Of a DNA stretch of 64,000 bases, positions 41,369 through 55,187 are shown in pieces; the first letter of the stretch is position 1; every line of letters starts with the position of its first letter. The notes beneath the pieces are model-generated. The model was not told the DNA's origin, made no database searches, and saw only the letters and a list, made by a program, of their open reading frames with translations. Made by a program: the position numbers and the translations under genes. The stretch lies in NCBI RefSeq assembly GCF_033153115.1, contig NW_026889803.1:11780001-11844000 (forward strand). Direction: 5' to 3'. The stretch is from Saccostrea echinata. Lineage: Eukaryota.

Positions 41369-41489
41369 AATGAAATATATGGAGATAACGAACAGTATTC
41401 AAGCTCAAATGTCCATTAAACAATACAAATCAGGAGCAGAGCAAACACGGACCTCTAAAATGTCAGAGGTGGGATCGGGTGCCATGGAG
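41369..41489 (-). mobile_element. 3'-terminal fragment of the Penelope-like family
   Basis: Reverse complement of the CTCCATGGCAC..GAGGTCCGTGTTTGCTC..TATCTCCAT..TTTCATT tail. Confidence 0.8.
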
Positions 41490-42632
41490 AATTTCAACAA
41501 ACAAAATAGAGGGAACTTTAAAAATTAACGTCACAGAGTTTGAATAGACGAATGTTAACCTTTACATCAACACGTCTCTGAAAGGACTTATGAATATATG
41601 TAAAACTACAAATAAGGAAAACAACACGTGAGCTCAAATAAAGTCTTTAATTATAACAAAAAAAAACCGCTGGGCAAACAATGCATTGTTCTCTTTAGAG
41701 AGAGCCTTCTGAACGGTACAATAAAAGTACTACAAGTCTACAAGCCTAACACCAGCAAGGATTTTGTCTTTTTCGGGCCACTTCTCAATGTTTGCAGTTA
41801 TCATTATTATTATTTTATGATGTCTATATTTTCCCTACTTGTGGTCATTTTTAGTTCAACTTCCTTTTTTTTCATTTTTTTCGTGAGAATTTTCCTTCGA
41901 TTAAAGAAACGAAATGCATAAATTTTCTGACATCGTATAACCAGTTTGACATTTAGTGTTCCAACTTCCATTTGAACATTGAAAAGTACTTGTTATTTCA
42001 CAAAGTTTGTGAATATTTCAAAACTGTCCATTTAATTTGTGAAGTTCATAAAAACTTATTTTCTACAAATTTTGATCCAAGTTTGTTTAAAATTCTTTTC
42101 TGAAATTTTCGGAGATTGAAAGTTGTTCAAGCTTTATGCACTGTGTCTTACTCATTAAGTTTTCATAGGTATCCTAAGAAAATCTGTGTTGTTTTACAAA
42201 ATCCAACCAAAATATAATACTTATATTCAATAGATACAGATGAAATTTTTTCTATGTATTATTTACACACTTGTTTAAAAAAAGAAGAAGAAACACAAAA
42301 CAAACAAAACAAAATCAGATTGATTTTATACTTAGTATTTAGTAGAATCATATTTTGTTTGATATATCAAATCATAGGACTTTAATGAGATGCGTTTTAA
42401 TTGAATTGGGAGATATGGGGGCGATTTAATAAGACAAAAAGTTTTTTCTGAAAGTTGCATAGACGATAACAAGTAAATGCTGATTTTGCAATCTTAATGA
42501 ATTTTCTTTCATATTTGATTTGCTTAAAAATGTTATTACAAACGATTAAAAGTGCTAGAAAGTGGTGCATGTGACGTGTATTGAAATTCAAAGAGAGAGG
42601 CGTATAAGGTCTTGTTGGAGAGTTATAAAACA

Positions 42633-45450
42633 ATGTTAAGGTGTGCCTTTACACGACCCACGCTATGCATCAAAACATTTTTTTGGTCCTAAAAATAAAA
42701 TGTGGAAGTCAAAACATACATTATATCATGTTTGACATCTAATACATTGACCATAATAATCATCTGACAATTTAATACCGCAGGAAAAAGAAATCAATCA
42801 AAGAAATCCTTGCAGTACATCTTCTTTCATTTATTCGGATTTATTGGTTCTTTAACAGTTCATTTCTCTTGTTTAGGGTGCGTGGAATTTCCGTTATATT
42901 CATGATATTCATTCAGATGGCTATTTTTCATGGAAATCTAAGTACATGCAGGAAACAAAAATTAAATATGCATCCAACATAAGTAAAAGTTTGTTTAGTT
43001 TATCAAAACTGTATTACAATTTTATACAGATATGAGGGTGAAACGTCCTACACTCTCTTCTGAGATTTGCAATAACCCTACCCACTCTACGCACCCCTTG
43101 TTGTTCCTTGGTGAAAGAATCTGATACTAATATATATTCTAGTGTAAGTTCACACAAGCATGACAGAAGAAATGATAAACAAGCATAAATACACAGACTT
43201 ACCAGTGTTCATTGTTTCTATAGTCTGTGAATCCCCTGTAGAAAGGAACATCATTTTCAAGCATGTTTTCTTGATACAATTCTTAATCTATTCCAATAAT
43301 ATTTCTTTCATGTAATAATACATCCAAGAAATTTGTTTGAACTTACCCTATTTTTTATCACAGTAGGGCCAATAAAATATAAATACTCTTTTTTCATTTA
43401 CAAACAAGCCTTTGTATCTTTGTTCCACCTACTGACAAAGAAATATTAATTCGACAATATATAATTCTTTTAATTCAATTCTAAAATTCATTAATTTTAT
43501 ACACTCAATGCAATTTTACGATGATTTTAATACATATGCCTGAATTTGCGCAAAGCAAAGAGAAAACTTTTGAAACAATTTACAGATATTATAAAAACTA
43601 TGCAAATTCATCGTTCAAATTTCCAAATTTTTTTTTGCTCAAGTTGTTTGTTTCTAATTCTTTTTTGTTATGTTTTATTTTTTTGAATTAGCGACAAATT
43701 TTTGCCACTGCTGCACTCTGCTCTGTCTGTCTGGTATCATAGGGAAAAAAAAATCATATATTGTAATGACAGTATTTTAACAACATAAAAACTTATGACT
43801 TTTCAACTTTATATACAACTATTCCCCACGATAAATTAAAGTCCAGACTTTCCGACATCGTTGACAGCTGCTTTTTCAATAAGAATGGAACTCGTAAATT
43901 TACTTACCTTGTCATTAGTCATTTGCAAAATTACTTTGTTAAAAAGCAATCTGTTTGTACACACAAGTACTCTGAAGTTGACATTAAAAAGATGCTCGAG
44001 TCTCTGATTGACAATATCTATGTGGTTTTTTGGAGACCAGGTCTTCCAACAATCTATTGGAATTCCCATGGGTACCAATTGCTCCCCGTTATTAGCAGAC
44101 TTATTTTTTGTATTCATATGAAGCAGAATTTGTTAAAATATCTTTTACGTGAAAAGAAGAAAACACTTGCTGTGGCCTTCAACTCGGCATTTAGATATAT
44201 CGACGACGTATTGTCAATTAACAATGGTTATTTCCATTCTTATGTCGACACGATATATCCCGGTGAGCTTGAGATAAAAGATACTACAGAGTCTGACACA
44301 TCTGTTTCATATTTGGATATTTTATTAGAAATAGACGTTAAAGGTAATCTAACAACAAAGCTTTATGATAAACGTGATGACTTTAACTTTTCAATAGTCA
44401 ACTTCCCTTACCTATGCAGCAATATACCCTTATCACCTGTATACGGGGTTTATATCTCTCAGTTGATTCTATACACAAGAGCATGCTCTACGTATGAACA
44501 ATTTCTAAAACGAGATAAATTATTGACAAACAAGTTGATGAAACAAGAATATCAGCAGTCTCGTATAAAGTCATCATTTCGTAAGTTCTATGGTCGATAC
44601 AATGACCTTGTCAGCAAATACAATCTATCATTAAGTCAAATGCTGACTGACTTTTTTCATACTAATTGTTAGGCCATTTTTTACACACTAAATTGTCGAC
44701 GGATTTCCCCATTATTTCCCGATCATGACAAAGAGCATACCGTGGGAGTGACCGGTCGGCAGGGGATGCTCACTCCTCCATGGCACATGATCCCATGATG
44801 TCTTAGAGGTCCGAGTTTGCTCTGCTCCTATTTTGTAATGTTTGATGGACTTTTGAGCTCGAATACTGTTCGTTATCTCCACATGTTTCATTACCATTTT
44901 AAAAGTTATTTTTATTCGAGTGTTAACAATCTTCCTATTTTTCCAAAGAATGCTTTTATATAAGTTCTTGTAATGCATCTAACTCTCTCAGGAGGTATAA
45001 AAGAAATGAAAAGTATTATTGCATGAGAAAAAAGGGTGGAACATTGATAGAAAAATGGGTAAATGGATAAAACAGGTAATAACTGATAAAGTCAGCAGAC
45101 ATAGACTAGAAAGGAACAAAGTCAGAATATATGGTTCTATGAGGATGTCATCTTTTGGTGACATTATAAACGAAGGGATGGAAGGCAATATGGGCAAGGA
45201 AATGTGATGATGCCCATGGAAATGTTAAGTTTGATATAAGGTAAAAACATGAGGAAAATGAATGATCTTCATAAAGTGATATGATGGCGTTAGATTTACA
45301 TGTATAAGAGATATGGGAAGCATAAAATATAAGCACTTACTTTTGTGGAGAATTTTTTTTACATATGTAATTCCTTCTGGCTTCTGTCTATTCTTCAGTC
45401 TTAGCCGCATTTGTTTAATACAAAACTCACTGCGCTGACCCAATTCATTA
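42633..45450 (+). pseudogene. Pseudogene B of the abductin-like family
   Basis: Promoter homolog at 42633-42790 with no TATTTAAA; exon 1 to 42877; decayed repeat exon 44992-45328 aligning to genes A/C, with stops, frameshifts and donor GT changed to AT; last-exon remnant 45405-45418. Signal exon not found. Interrupted by a PLE. Confidence 0.7.
43778..44892 (+). mobile_element. 5'-truncated Penelope-like (Naiad-type) retroelement
   Basis: ORF 43923-44672 with FRYIDD and LYDKRDDFNFSIVNFP..SNIP..YGVYISQL, stopping after the thumb; frameshifts; family 3' tail. Confidence 0.85.
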
Positions 45451-45755
45451 TATACAACATAAAATGAAAATTCAAATATGACAAAATATATTAATGCACA
45501 TCTTAAGACAAAGAGCAGAATGATTTGCTACTTCTTTGTCAGGTTTTTTTTCATGTTTTTCTTTCTTTATTCTTTTCCTTTGTGCAGAAATTTTAAATCG
45601 TATACTGAAACAGTTTAAGCAATTTGCAATTGCACTGAAATTCAGAAAGGTGATCAACCGAAAAATCATGAAGAACTATAAAATTATGTCAAGGTGTGCC
45701 AGACACGATTAATACAGTGCATCAAAACAATGAACTGTCCTAAAAATAAAACATC

Positions 45756-45946
45756 TAAGTCAAAACATACATTTTGTCAGGTTTGACTTGTTATACAACA
45801 AACATAATGATCACCCGACTAATTGGCCACCGGAAAAGGGATAAACCCTCTGCCTATTTAAACCGTTCTCGGTTCGAAATCTATGCAGTGCTTGGTCTCT
45901 CATTTCTCCGGGTTTTTTGTCCGACACTTCATTACCTTTGCTCAGG
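45756..45946 (+). promoter_or_regulatory. Conserved promoter block and non-coding exon 1, gene C
   Basis: Same block as gene A; CCGGAAA 45830, TATTTAAA 45855-45862, donor GTGAGT at 45947. Confidence 0.75.
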
Positions 45947-46392
45947 GTGAGTGGAACATTCAAGTATTTTTATTTGTTATTTTTTAAATTAATTCTTTTA
46001 TAGCCATGTTTTAAAAATGGCATTCACCTTAGAAAACTACATATAGCTCTGATTTACAGTACTTGAAATTGATTTTAATACTTAGTATATACTAACTATT
46101 TTGGAGACCTTTGCCCTGAAAGATTTCATATAATTACACTAATGTGCAACTATTATTATTAATCGTATGGAGGACCTTCAAAATTTAAGTCTCGCGAAAA
46201 GATAAAATGCTAATAAAGCTTCACGAAATGCAATTAATTGATTACTCTATAGGGCAAATTTAAAGTTAAGTTCTGTTTTGAACAAACAATGTTTTGAAGC
46301 AAGAATCTCAAAAGTTTTACCAAAAAATACGTATTCTCAAATAAACATGTTATACATAATTCAAATATCAGTAGTCTAACATTTCTTTTTAG

Positions 46393-47229
46393 ATGGTTTT
46401 CTCTCTCGTTGCCGTTTCTTGCCTTATTGCTGTGGCCAGCGCAGCAGGCTACGGGCCAGGTAATGAAATTTCACTTTGTTATACTTTCTTTGCATATTAA
46501 TTTGGTTTTTTTTTTTCTTTCTTTTTTTTTAAAGACTTAAAGCAGCAACAAAAAATTATAATAAATAAATAAATAAATAAATCTTGCCACCACAACATAG
46601 CTAAACCCTTCTTTTCAGATGTTAAATATAGACACCAATTCATCTAAATAAAATATATTTTTTTATTAGGAGGAGGTATGGGAATGATGAATGGCGGTAT
46701 GGGAGGAGGCATGATGAACGGCGGCATGGGTGGAGGAATGATGAACGGCGGCATGGGAGGAGGAATGATGAACGGCGGCATTGGAGGAGGAATGGGCAAA
46801 ATGATGATGATGATGCCAGCAAATATGGGCATGGGAGGAGGCATGGGCTCCATGATGATGCCATCTTTGGGCGGCATGATGAATGGAGGAATGGGAGGCA
46901 GCATGGGCAAAGGTAGTATGATGATGATGCCAATGGGAATGATGAATATGATGAAAGGTGGAATGGGCGGAAATATGGGTGGAATGAACAGTATGATGAT
47001 GCCAGCCAGCATGGGCGGTATGATGGGCTCTGGAGGTATGGGTGGCATGGGAAGCATGAAATGTAAGTCTTTTGTTTTTATTACCAACTTCAAGATTCAT
47101 TTCTTATTTATCAAATGTCTATCACACTTTTATCCTTGAATGCATTAAAAAAAAATAATAGTTTTGAATGTTTCAGTAATCATATAATCTAATTTATTTT
47201 TTTTCCCTTCTATTACAGCCGCTTATTAG
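46393..47229 (+). CDS. Abductin-like secreted Gly/Met-rich protein C, ~156 aa
   Basis: Exons 46393-46459 (MVFSLVAVSCLIAVASAAGYGP), 46670-47062, 47219-47229 (ends MKSAY*); AATAAA at 47320. Confidence 0.85.
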
Positions 47230-47419
47230 AAAAGAGATTCACTGCATTCATAATTCATCGTAAACAAAAGACCCCGAGGAGTTTTGCCTTTTTCTATGTT
47301 TTAATTAGTGAAAACTAGAAATAAATTAGTGACGCAATCAGTATATTGTTTTATTTGATTGAAGAAGACCAGTGGTTTGGAAAATATAACTTCTTTCAAT
47401 TTCTTTGTATTATAATGTA

Positions 47420-47758
47420 CTGGTCGAGGTAGCCTAGTGGTAGGGCGTCGCTTCGTGATCGGGAGGTACTGAGTTCGATTCTCATTACCAGCGCCGCGTC
47501 GAACCTAAGACGTTAACATTGGTAGTGAGACTGTCCCTTCACCAAGCACCGGCATTAGAAGTCACTGGTCTTTCAGATGAGACCTTAAAAACCGAGGTCA
47601 TGGTAGACGTTGGCACTATAAGGAACCACTGCTCGATGACCCTGAGTGTTGAATAATGTCTAACTGAAGCCCTTCACCGGTATATGGTGACGTCTTTATA
47701 TGAGTAAAAAATTCTTGCAAGGGATGTAAAAACATAGTTACATGTATAATTAATCATC
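47420..47758 (+). mobile_element. tRNA-derived SINE (Meta + Deu/Nin-like domains, BivaMD-like)
   Basis: A box TAGCCTAGTGG, B box GTTCGATTC, GATGAGACCTTAAAAACCGAGG core, 12-bp TSD TATTATAATGTA. Domain names are from recall. Confidence 0.75.
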
Positions 47759-50014
47759 TATTATAATGTATAAATCCCCATGACGTCTCAAACACGAAGT
47801 CAAAGGAAACTTTGAAGAAAAAATAGATTAATTCATTGAAATAAAATACTTATTTTCTCTTAGATGTGATATTTTCTATATCTTTGCATATTTTTGAAGA
47901 TCTCGTTTTAATAAAATTATAGTTGATATGTTAAAATAATTTTCGCTTGAAAATTCCTATTATATTGTAACATAGGTCCTATAGCAAAATACCATTCATT
48001 ACACATACTTGTAAGTAAATAAATCAAGAGACCTCGAGTGAAACCACATTACCCCCGTCTTGTTGCATTCAAACGACCAAATATACGCATCGCTTGAAAC
48101 CTGTTTTAATTACACTAGTATCAAAATATCAGATTTTATTTCGTTTATGATGTACTGCTCGTGCGCTCGCTTTGTCAAATGAAAGTCGACTAAAGCCAGA
48201 ATTATTATTTCTATAAACGATGTACATTGTAAACTCATTCTCACGCTTTGACTCTGTAATGAGCTAGGTTTTCGACTTTACAAAAATGCAAGTTTAACTC
48301 ACTTTAAATAGGATTTTATTTAAAGAACAAAAGATTTTTACGATTCTATTGTTAAATGTATAAAAATTATAGACATTAAGTTTCATTGAATACATGAACA
48401 TGATAATCAAAATTTTAAAAAAGTGTTCTCTTTACATAAATACCATAATATGAAGCAATGTATCTGCATGTAAAGAATATATCTGTGCATAATTCAACCC
48501 GAATAAGATAGAAAAATACAATTCTTATCAGTTATGCAAGAGAAGACACACCAGTCATCAAAACATTTGTTTTTATTTTACGAAAAGTAAGTATTACAAA
48601 CTGACATTACTGATATCCTGCAAAAGTAGTCTGAAGATATTTTTAGAGTAAGTTTAGTTTCATGACGTCCGACAACGACACTGTCTCTCAATCTCCACTC
48701 TCTCTACCTCATACACTTATCTTGATGAGATTACCTAGAGTTAAGTATAAGGACTTAAGCCTGTCTTGTATGAACAGCTGCTTTCAATGCATATAATATT
48801 ATAAATGACACTATACATAAGGAAAGATCCCCATTTGATTATGCCAGAATACTTAGCTCGCTGGAGTTCATTTTCTACCACATATGAACAACGTCACTTT
48901 TCGACATGACTGACTTTTGACACCCTGACTACAAATCGACATTTACTGTGCATCTTTCATCTCTCTGAATCTTTTTGGGTATTTAAAACAAGTACTCTGG
49001 GTGCATTTTATTTTTCTGTAGCCCGTTTAAACACTCCCTAGGTCTATAACAGTTTTTCCAGGTGCGAAACTTAATAGAGAATGTTGGAAAAAGAAACCCC
49101 TCCCCATTTTTGACGTCATTTTGAAACCCTTAATTGTTTGGAACTCCATGTAAAATTTACGATAAAATTTCATAGAACTTACGGAATTGGGTAAAAATTG
49201 CAAATTTTACGGAACAATTGTGTCGTACCACATGTCTGGATTGACAGGATTGCTCATATCAAAAGATTTTTTCTCAGTTACACTCAGGTAGAAAAAGCGT
49301 CATATTTGAGGTTGCGTTGCCTGGACATACCATTGCTTACAAAAACATTAACAATTTATTAAAAAATGAAACTTATGATTTATGGTTTACTCTATAGATA
49401 GAGATGATGCTAACTAAATGTGTTAAAATTCATTGATGTACCTAAAGCGGTTTTAATTTTATGGCGTTCGTCCATGAACTATTTGATAACCCCTCGTGGA
49501 TGCAGTTTATGTCTATTCAAGTTAATTAGAATATTGTTGTCCGTAACTAAGTATCTATTTTTACAAAGAAGATGCAGTTTATGTTCATTCTTCAAGTTAA
49601 TTAAAACAAACAAAAAATGATACGGAAAATTGCTTCACCTCTGGTTTCGTGGATAAAAATTAAAATTACTTATATTGCAAATTTGCAACCTCCAATTCTA
49701 ATAAACCATGTGTGAGTACACTGGTCATAAAAAAAATTATAGATCTGAGTTTTGGTAAGGCTGAATTGGGTTTTATTCGATGCAAAAAAACCCTCTATTC
49801 ATCCAGTACGTTTCGCGTTAAGTAACGTGTATCGATCATGTGTAACTATTCAATGTCATTTGATAAAAATTATTCGTAAAACTTTATCAAACGTCCTAAT
49901 GTAAAGCATGATATCCCAATGTCATATCAAAACCATTAGAATATGCAAACATTGTACTTATATCTGCATTCACATAAAATTCTTTAGTAGTTTTAATGTT
50001 ATGTGTTGCTTTAA

Positions 50015-51127
50015 AGAGAATTCTTAGTAAATCTGAAATCACAAAATTTTAACGTTCGACTTTTCATCACTTAATTCAACCATTCCCCACGATTAATTAA
50101 AGTCCAGGCTTTTTGACATCATAGACAGCTGCTTTATCAATAAAAATGGAACTCGTACATGTACTTTCCTTGTCAATGGTCATTTGCAAAAATATTTTGT
50201 TAAAAAGCATTCTCACTGTACACACAGGTACTCTGAAGTTAATTTTATAAAGATGCTTGAGTTTCTGATTGACAATATCTATGTAATTTTTGGAGAGCAG
50301 GTCTTTCAACAATCTGTTGGAATTCCCATGGGTACCAATTGCGCCCTCTTGTTAGCAGACCTATTTTTGTAGTTATATGAAGCAAAATTTATTCAAAAAC
50401 CTTAACATGAGAAGAAGAAAACACTTACTGTGGCCTCTCGAAATTTACATATATCGTCGACGTATTATCCATTCATACGTCGACTCGATATATCCCAGTG
50501 AGCTTAAAATAAAAGATACCACAGAGTCTGACACATCTGTTTCATATTTGGATATTATACAAGAAAAAGACCTTAATGGTAACCTAACAACAAAGCTTTA
50601 TGATAAATGTGATGACTTTAACTTTTCAATTGTCAACTTCCCTTACTTATGCAGCAATATACCCTTATCACCTGCATATGGGGTTTTCTCTCCCAGTTGA
50701 TTCGATACGCAAGAGCATGCTTTACGTATGAACAATTTCTAAAAGAGGCAAGCTATTGACAAACAAGTTGATGAAACAACAATATCAACAGTCTCGTTTG
50801 AAGTCATCATTTTGCAAGTTTTATGGTCTATACAATGACTTTGTCAGCAAATACAATCTATCATTAAGTCAAATGTTGAATGGCGTTTTTTATACTAATT
50901 TTTAGGCCATTATTTACACACTACAGTGTCTACGGATTTTTCCTTTTCCCTCGATCATGACAAGGAGCACACAGCGGGTGTGACCGGTCGACAAAGCATG
51001 CTCACTCCTCCATGGCACCTGATCCCACCTCTGATGTTTTTAGAGGTCCGTTTTTGCTCTGCTCCCGCTTTGTATTGTCTAAATGAACTTTAAGCTTGAA
51101 TACTGTTCGTTATCTCTATTTTTCATT
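50015..51127 (+). mobile_element. 5'-truncated, decayed Penelope-like (Naiad-type) retroelement
   Basis: GIPMGTNCALLLADLFL, LYDKCDDFNFSIVNFP, family 3' tail. Confidence 0.85.
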
Positions 51128-52394
51128 TGAAAAATTTTATTTGTTAGAAAGGGATTCAAGCCATTAAGAGTAAACACAGATTTAGATGAAAGACAGTTTC
51201 TCTTGAGTCAAATTACTGATATTAAATAAAAATGAATATAGAAAAACAACCAAAATTATAATCATTTTCATCAATTGAAAACCTCCTTATGACATATCAG
51301 GCTATATACGAAGTGGTATCTTTACAAAATATACTTTATGTGAAATTAACTTTTTCGTAAAGATTTTCTATAGTAACTATTACTTTTACTTCAATAATAC
51401 ATTGAAGGGAAAAAATTATGACACTATTTGATTATTTTCTTTGATGTACATGTTTCTTTTTTGCAAAATATTATTTGTTGAAGAAACAAGTTCAAATTCT
51501 TTCATTGTAAACTGCAATAAGACATATGGTTACAACCGTGGATAAAATTTATCAATTTTGTGGTGATTTTACCTTCAATGACAATACATATCCTTTAACT
51601 GAATAAGAAAATTTGAACAACTGTCTTTGGTTGCTTATTGGAGTTAATGTACCTAAATTGTGTCAATTTTTCATACCGACAATTACGTCTAAATTATGCA
51701 TTGCCAGAATATTACTAATAAATTAAAAAAAACTTTTTAAGTTAAGCCAATAAGTTAATCAATGAGTTTATTGCTTGTTTATTAGGGACTAAAGACAACA
51801 AACTATATAGAATTAGTAATTATGTCATGTATTATAATTGTGGCATTGATAGAACGTTCAGGAATGCGAAGAAATGGGTAAAAGTAATAGTTATATTCAA
51901 AATCCAAAATTAAAGTCATGCAAAAAGCATAATTTAAGAATTATATCTTAAGTTGATTGACTAGTTAAATTTCAAATGGATATATAAAAAAGACAAATCT
52001 GTTAATAGTCTATTTCTTGAAAAAAAAATTGTAAGAGAGAGAGAGTTATTTTTTCGTAATAAAAGGTTTTGTTCATGTTTTACAATATAATGCAGATGGA
52101 ATGTTCGTATCAAAGTAATTAAAGTTGTAATTTTTCTTCAAAATTTATATAAGAAGCACTTGTTAGCAACACGATTTCAATGTACCCATTACACTTTTCT
52201 TTAGATCTCATGCTTGATTGGAAAATGCAGATTTGTTACACAATCAAATTAGAACTAAGCAATATAACATGCATTGACACGAAGAAACACAAATAAAATA
52301 TCGTTTCAAACGATAATAAAATTATGTTAAGGTGTGTTGTGCAATGGCCCATACAAGAAATCAGAAGATTAACATGTCGTAAAAATAATATTTC

Positions 52395-52586
52395 AAAGTC
52401 GAACACACCTTGTGTCAAGTGTGACGTGAATTACATAAAACATAATGATCACTCGACAAATTCCCCACCGGAAAAAGACCCAATTATCTAACTATTTAAA
52501 CCCATCTTGGTTCGAAGTCCCGGCAGTACTTCTCCTCTCAATTCTTCAATTTCTTCGCAGCCCTCGTTTCAAATCCTTTGCTCAAG
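52395..52586 (+). promoter_or_regulatory. Conserved promoter block and non-coding exon 1, gene D
   Basis: CATAATGATCAC, CCGGAAA 52468, TATTTAAA 52493-52500, GGTTCGAA, GCAGT, donor GTAAGC at 52587. Confidence 0.75.
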
Positions 52587-52984
52587 GTAAGCGTATTTTC
52601 ACTTGGTCTTCTTATTTCAGATACATGCATTTATATTTAAAAAAAAAAGATGGCTGACTTTTAATCAAAATTAAGTATGACTTTAGTGTTAATCATATTA
52701 AAGTTGAATACACATCAATTGAATATTGTTGTACAATGTATTGCTTAACTAATTCCAAGAGAATTACAAGAAACAACATGTAAAAATATGTGCCAAATAC
52801 GCAAAAAGAGAATTTGCAATTTTAAAAAAATGGTATAGATTGCATGAACAAGTGAAAGTGAATAATCTTGTAATTATTTACTTTTATACAGTGTATTTTG
52901 AAGATCTTGTAATTTATTTACTTTTATATAGTTTGTTTTTATATAGTGTGTTTTAAAGATGTCGCATATTATTCCATATTTCAG

Positions 52985-53768
52985 ATGTCTTTCTCTTTTG
53001 TAACCGTTCTTTCTCTAATCGTTGTGGCTAATGCAGCATACTACGGACCAGGTAATTAACAAATGAAAATTAAAGATAAAATTTAACTTTCATTTTCTCA
53101 ACTACTTTTGTTTACTTTTCAAAACCTATTAATGAAAATGTTTAAACAAGGTAAGAAAAATAAATTTCAAATTTAATCCAAATAATTCGTTCATTTTTTC
53201 CATTCTTACAACATTTACATTAACAATATGAAATATGTGAAACAAATTATTTATTTGTAAACTTTTTTTGCTAACAAATACTTACTTTTAAAGGAGGAAT
53301 GAGTAAAATGGGCGGTGGCATGGGCGGAGGTATGATGTCCAGTGGCATGGGCGGCGGCATGGGCAGAATGATGATGGGAATGGGCGGAGGAGGTATGGGC
53401 GGCATGGGAGGAATGAAGGGTATGATGATGCCCGGTAACATGGGCGGTATGATGGGCGGCGGAGGAATGGGCGGCATGGGAGGAATGGGCGGCATGGGAG
53501 GAATGGGCGGTATGAAATGTAAGTTCATTTGATTCACTACCACAACGATTTCACCACATTTCATTTAAATTTTTCCTTGTTCATGAAATATTTGCAATAA
53601 GCAAGATGTTTACTTTGATTTCATTTTCCCCCTTTTAATGTAAAATGTCTTAATCTCTGTATTCATAAAGCAAGTATGTCTAATACTAGTATTGATATAT
53701 TTTTATTTTAAAGAATTTTAAAATATCATTTTACTTTTTATTTCCTTACAGCTGCCTATTATGGATAA
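52985..53768 (+). CDS. Abductin-like secreted Gly/Met-rich protein D, ~102 aa
   Basis: Exons 52985-53051 (MSFSFVTVLSLIVVANAAYYGP), 53294-53518 ((GGM)n), 53752-53768 (ends MKSAYYG*); AATAAA at 53848. Confidence 0.85.
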
Positions 53769-54833
53769 GAATTCGCTGAAGGATTCTGTCTTCATAATCA
53801 AAGAAAGGATTTCCCCCATTGGTGATTTATGCTTCTCTATATCAGAAAATAAAAGAGATTCTATTTTATGCAGTTTTATTTATTTATATTTTGACAAAGT
53901 CTTCTTTGCATTAAAAGGATTATTCGAACTTGCGAAAGCAATGAAAAATGCTATATACAATAAACATCAGTGTAATGATCACATTTATGAACTATATACT
54001 AGTAGAAAGCATATTTTGCTCAAGGAAAAGGTTCATACTAATGGTTGTTTTTAATTAATTTTTTCTGAACAGTGAAAAAAAAAAGATTCTCTTGCACCCC
54101 AAACAATTCTTCACATCATTGTTTTTAGTGCTACATTCTCTATATGTTTTCTCTATAAGATGAGCTATTTTACTTCTAAAATGTGATGAACATTTAACTG
54201 CCCTATTCAATTTTATGTTTGCATTTCATTTAATTTTGATATCAAAGTCTCAAGTTAATCAAGTTGTATATTTAATGTTATTCCAAGACAATGTGATATA
54301 CTGGTATACACTCAGGCAGATTTGTTCTTAAAATAATTGAAAATTATCTCTATGAAAGTTTACTAAAAATTACATTAAAACGGATATCTATTTTCTAAAT
54401 GAATATAAACTCAATCAAGACCTAATCAGTGTACTGGAGTCTAGGGCAATGTTCTTTTCAGTTACAAAAAGGGCACATTACCTGGGGTTTCCAAATTTTT
54501 TGAGTACATAAGAATATATAGGAAAACTTCATATAAACTTTTCAAGAACAGGGATAATTTTTTCAAATCAATATGGAAGCATCATTTGAAAGCGAATTAT
54601 TGAATTCGTTAACTTATCATGAAAGGTAGATTTAATTTACTCAACCTTTCACCCGGAAAGTCAGGTGCATCCATAGAATGATTTGAAAATAATAGGAGCA
54701 ACCAAAGATATCTCCCTTAAGTAATACCTAAAGAAAAGTACACCCTGAATAGAATCTTAAAGGGGTCATTTTACGGGTGTTATTTTTCTTCAGTATGCTG
54801 TACAGATTTTAAGTGTGATGCTTCTTTTTCTAC

Positions 54834-55187
54834 GGACCGTCACGGTAGCTCAGTCGGTAGAGCGCTAGCTCCGTGATCGGAAGGTCGTGTGTTTGAATCA
54901 CGGCCGCGACTGACCAAAGTCGATAAAAAATAGGTAGCAACTGTTCCTTCGCCAAGCGCTCGGCACTTTGAAGTGAAAGTTGCGGGTCCTTCGGATGAGA
55001 CCTTAAAAACCGAGGCCCCGTGTCACGGTAGGCGTTTGCACGATAAAGAACCCTCACTGCTCAATGACCCTGAGTGCCGAGTAAAGGTCTAAATTTGAAG
55101 CCCTTCACCGGGATATGGTGACGTTTCTATATGAGTGAAAAATTCTCGAACAGGAGTAAAACAACATACAATTAATCAATCAATCAA
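54834..55187 (+). mobile_element. Full-length tRNA-derived SINE (BivaMD-like)
   Basis: A box TAGCTCAGTCGG, B box GTTTGAATC, CGGATGAGACCTTAAAAACCGAGGCCCCG core, (CAAT)n tail, 11-bp TSD TCTTTTTCTAC. Confidence 0.85.

Noticed and set aside
43923-44672. 249-aa RT ORF as a domesticated or active gene
   Set aside because: 5'-truncated, frameshifted through the GIPMG motif, and one of several decayed copies.
54834-54910. tRNA-like sequence (also 47420-47485)
   Set aside because: It is the Pol III head of a SINE with body, tail and TSD; no complete cloverleaf.
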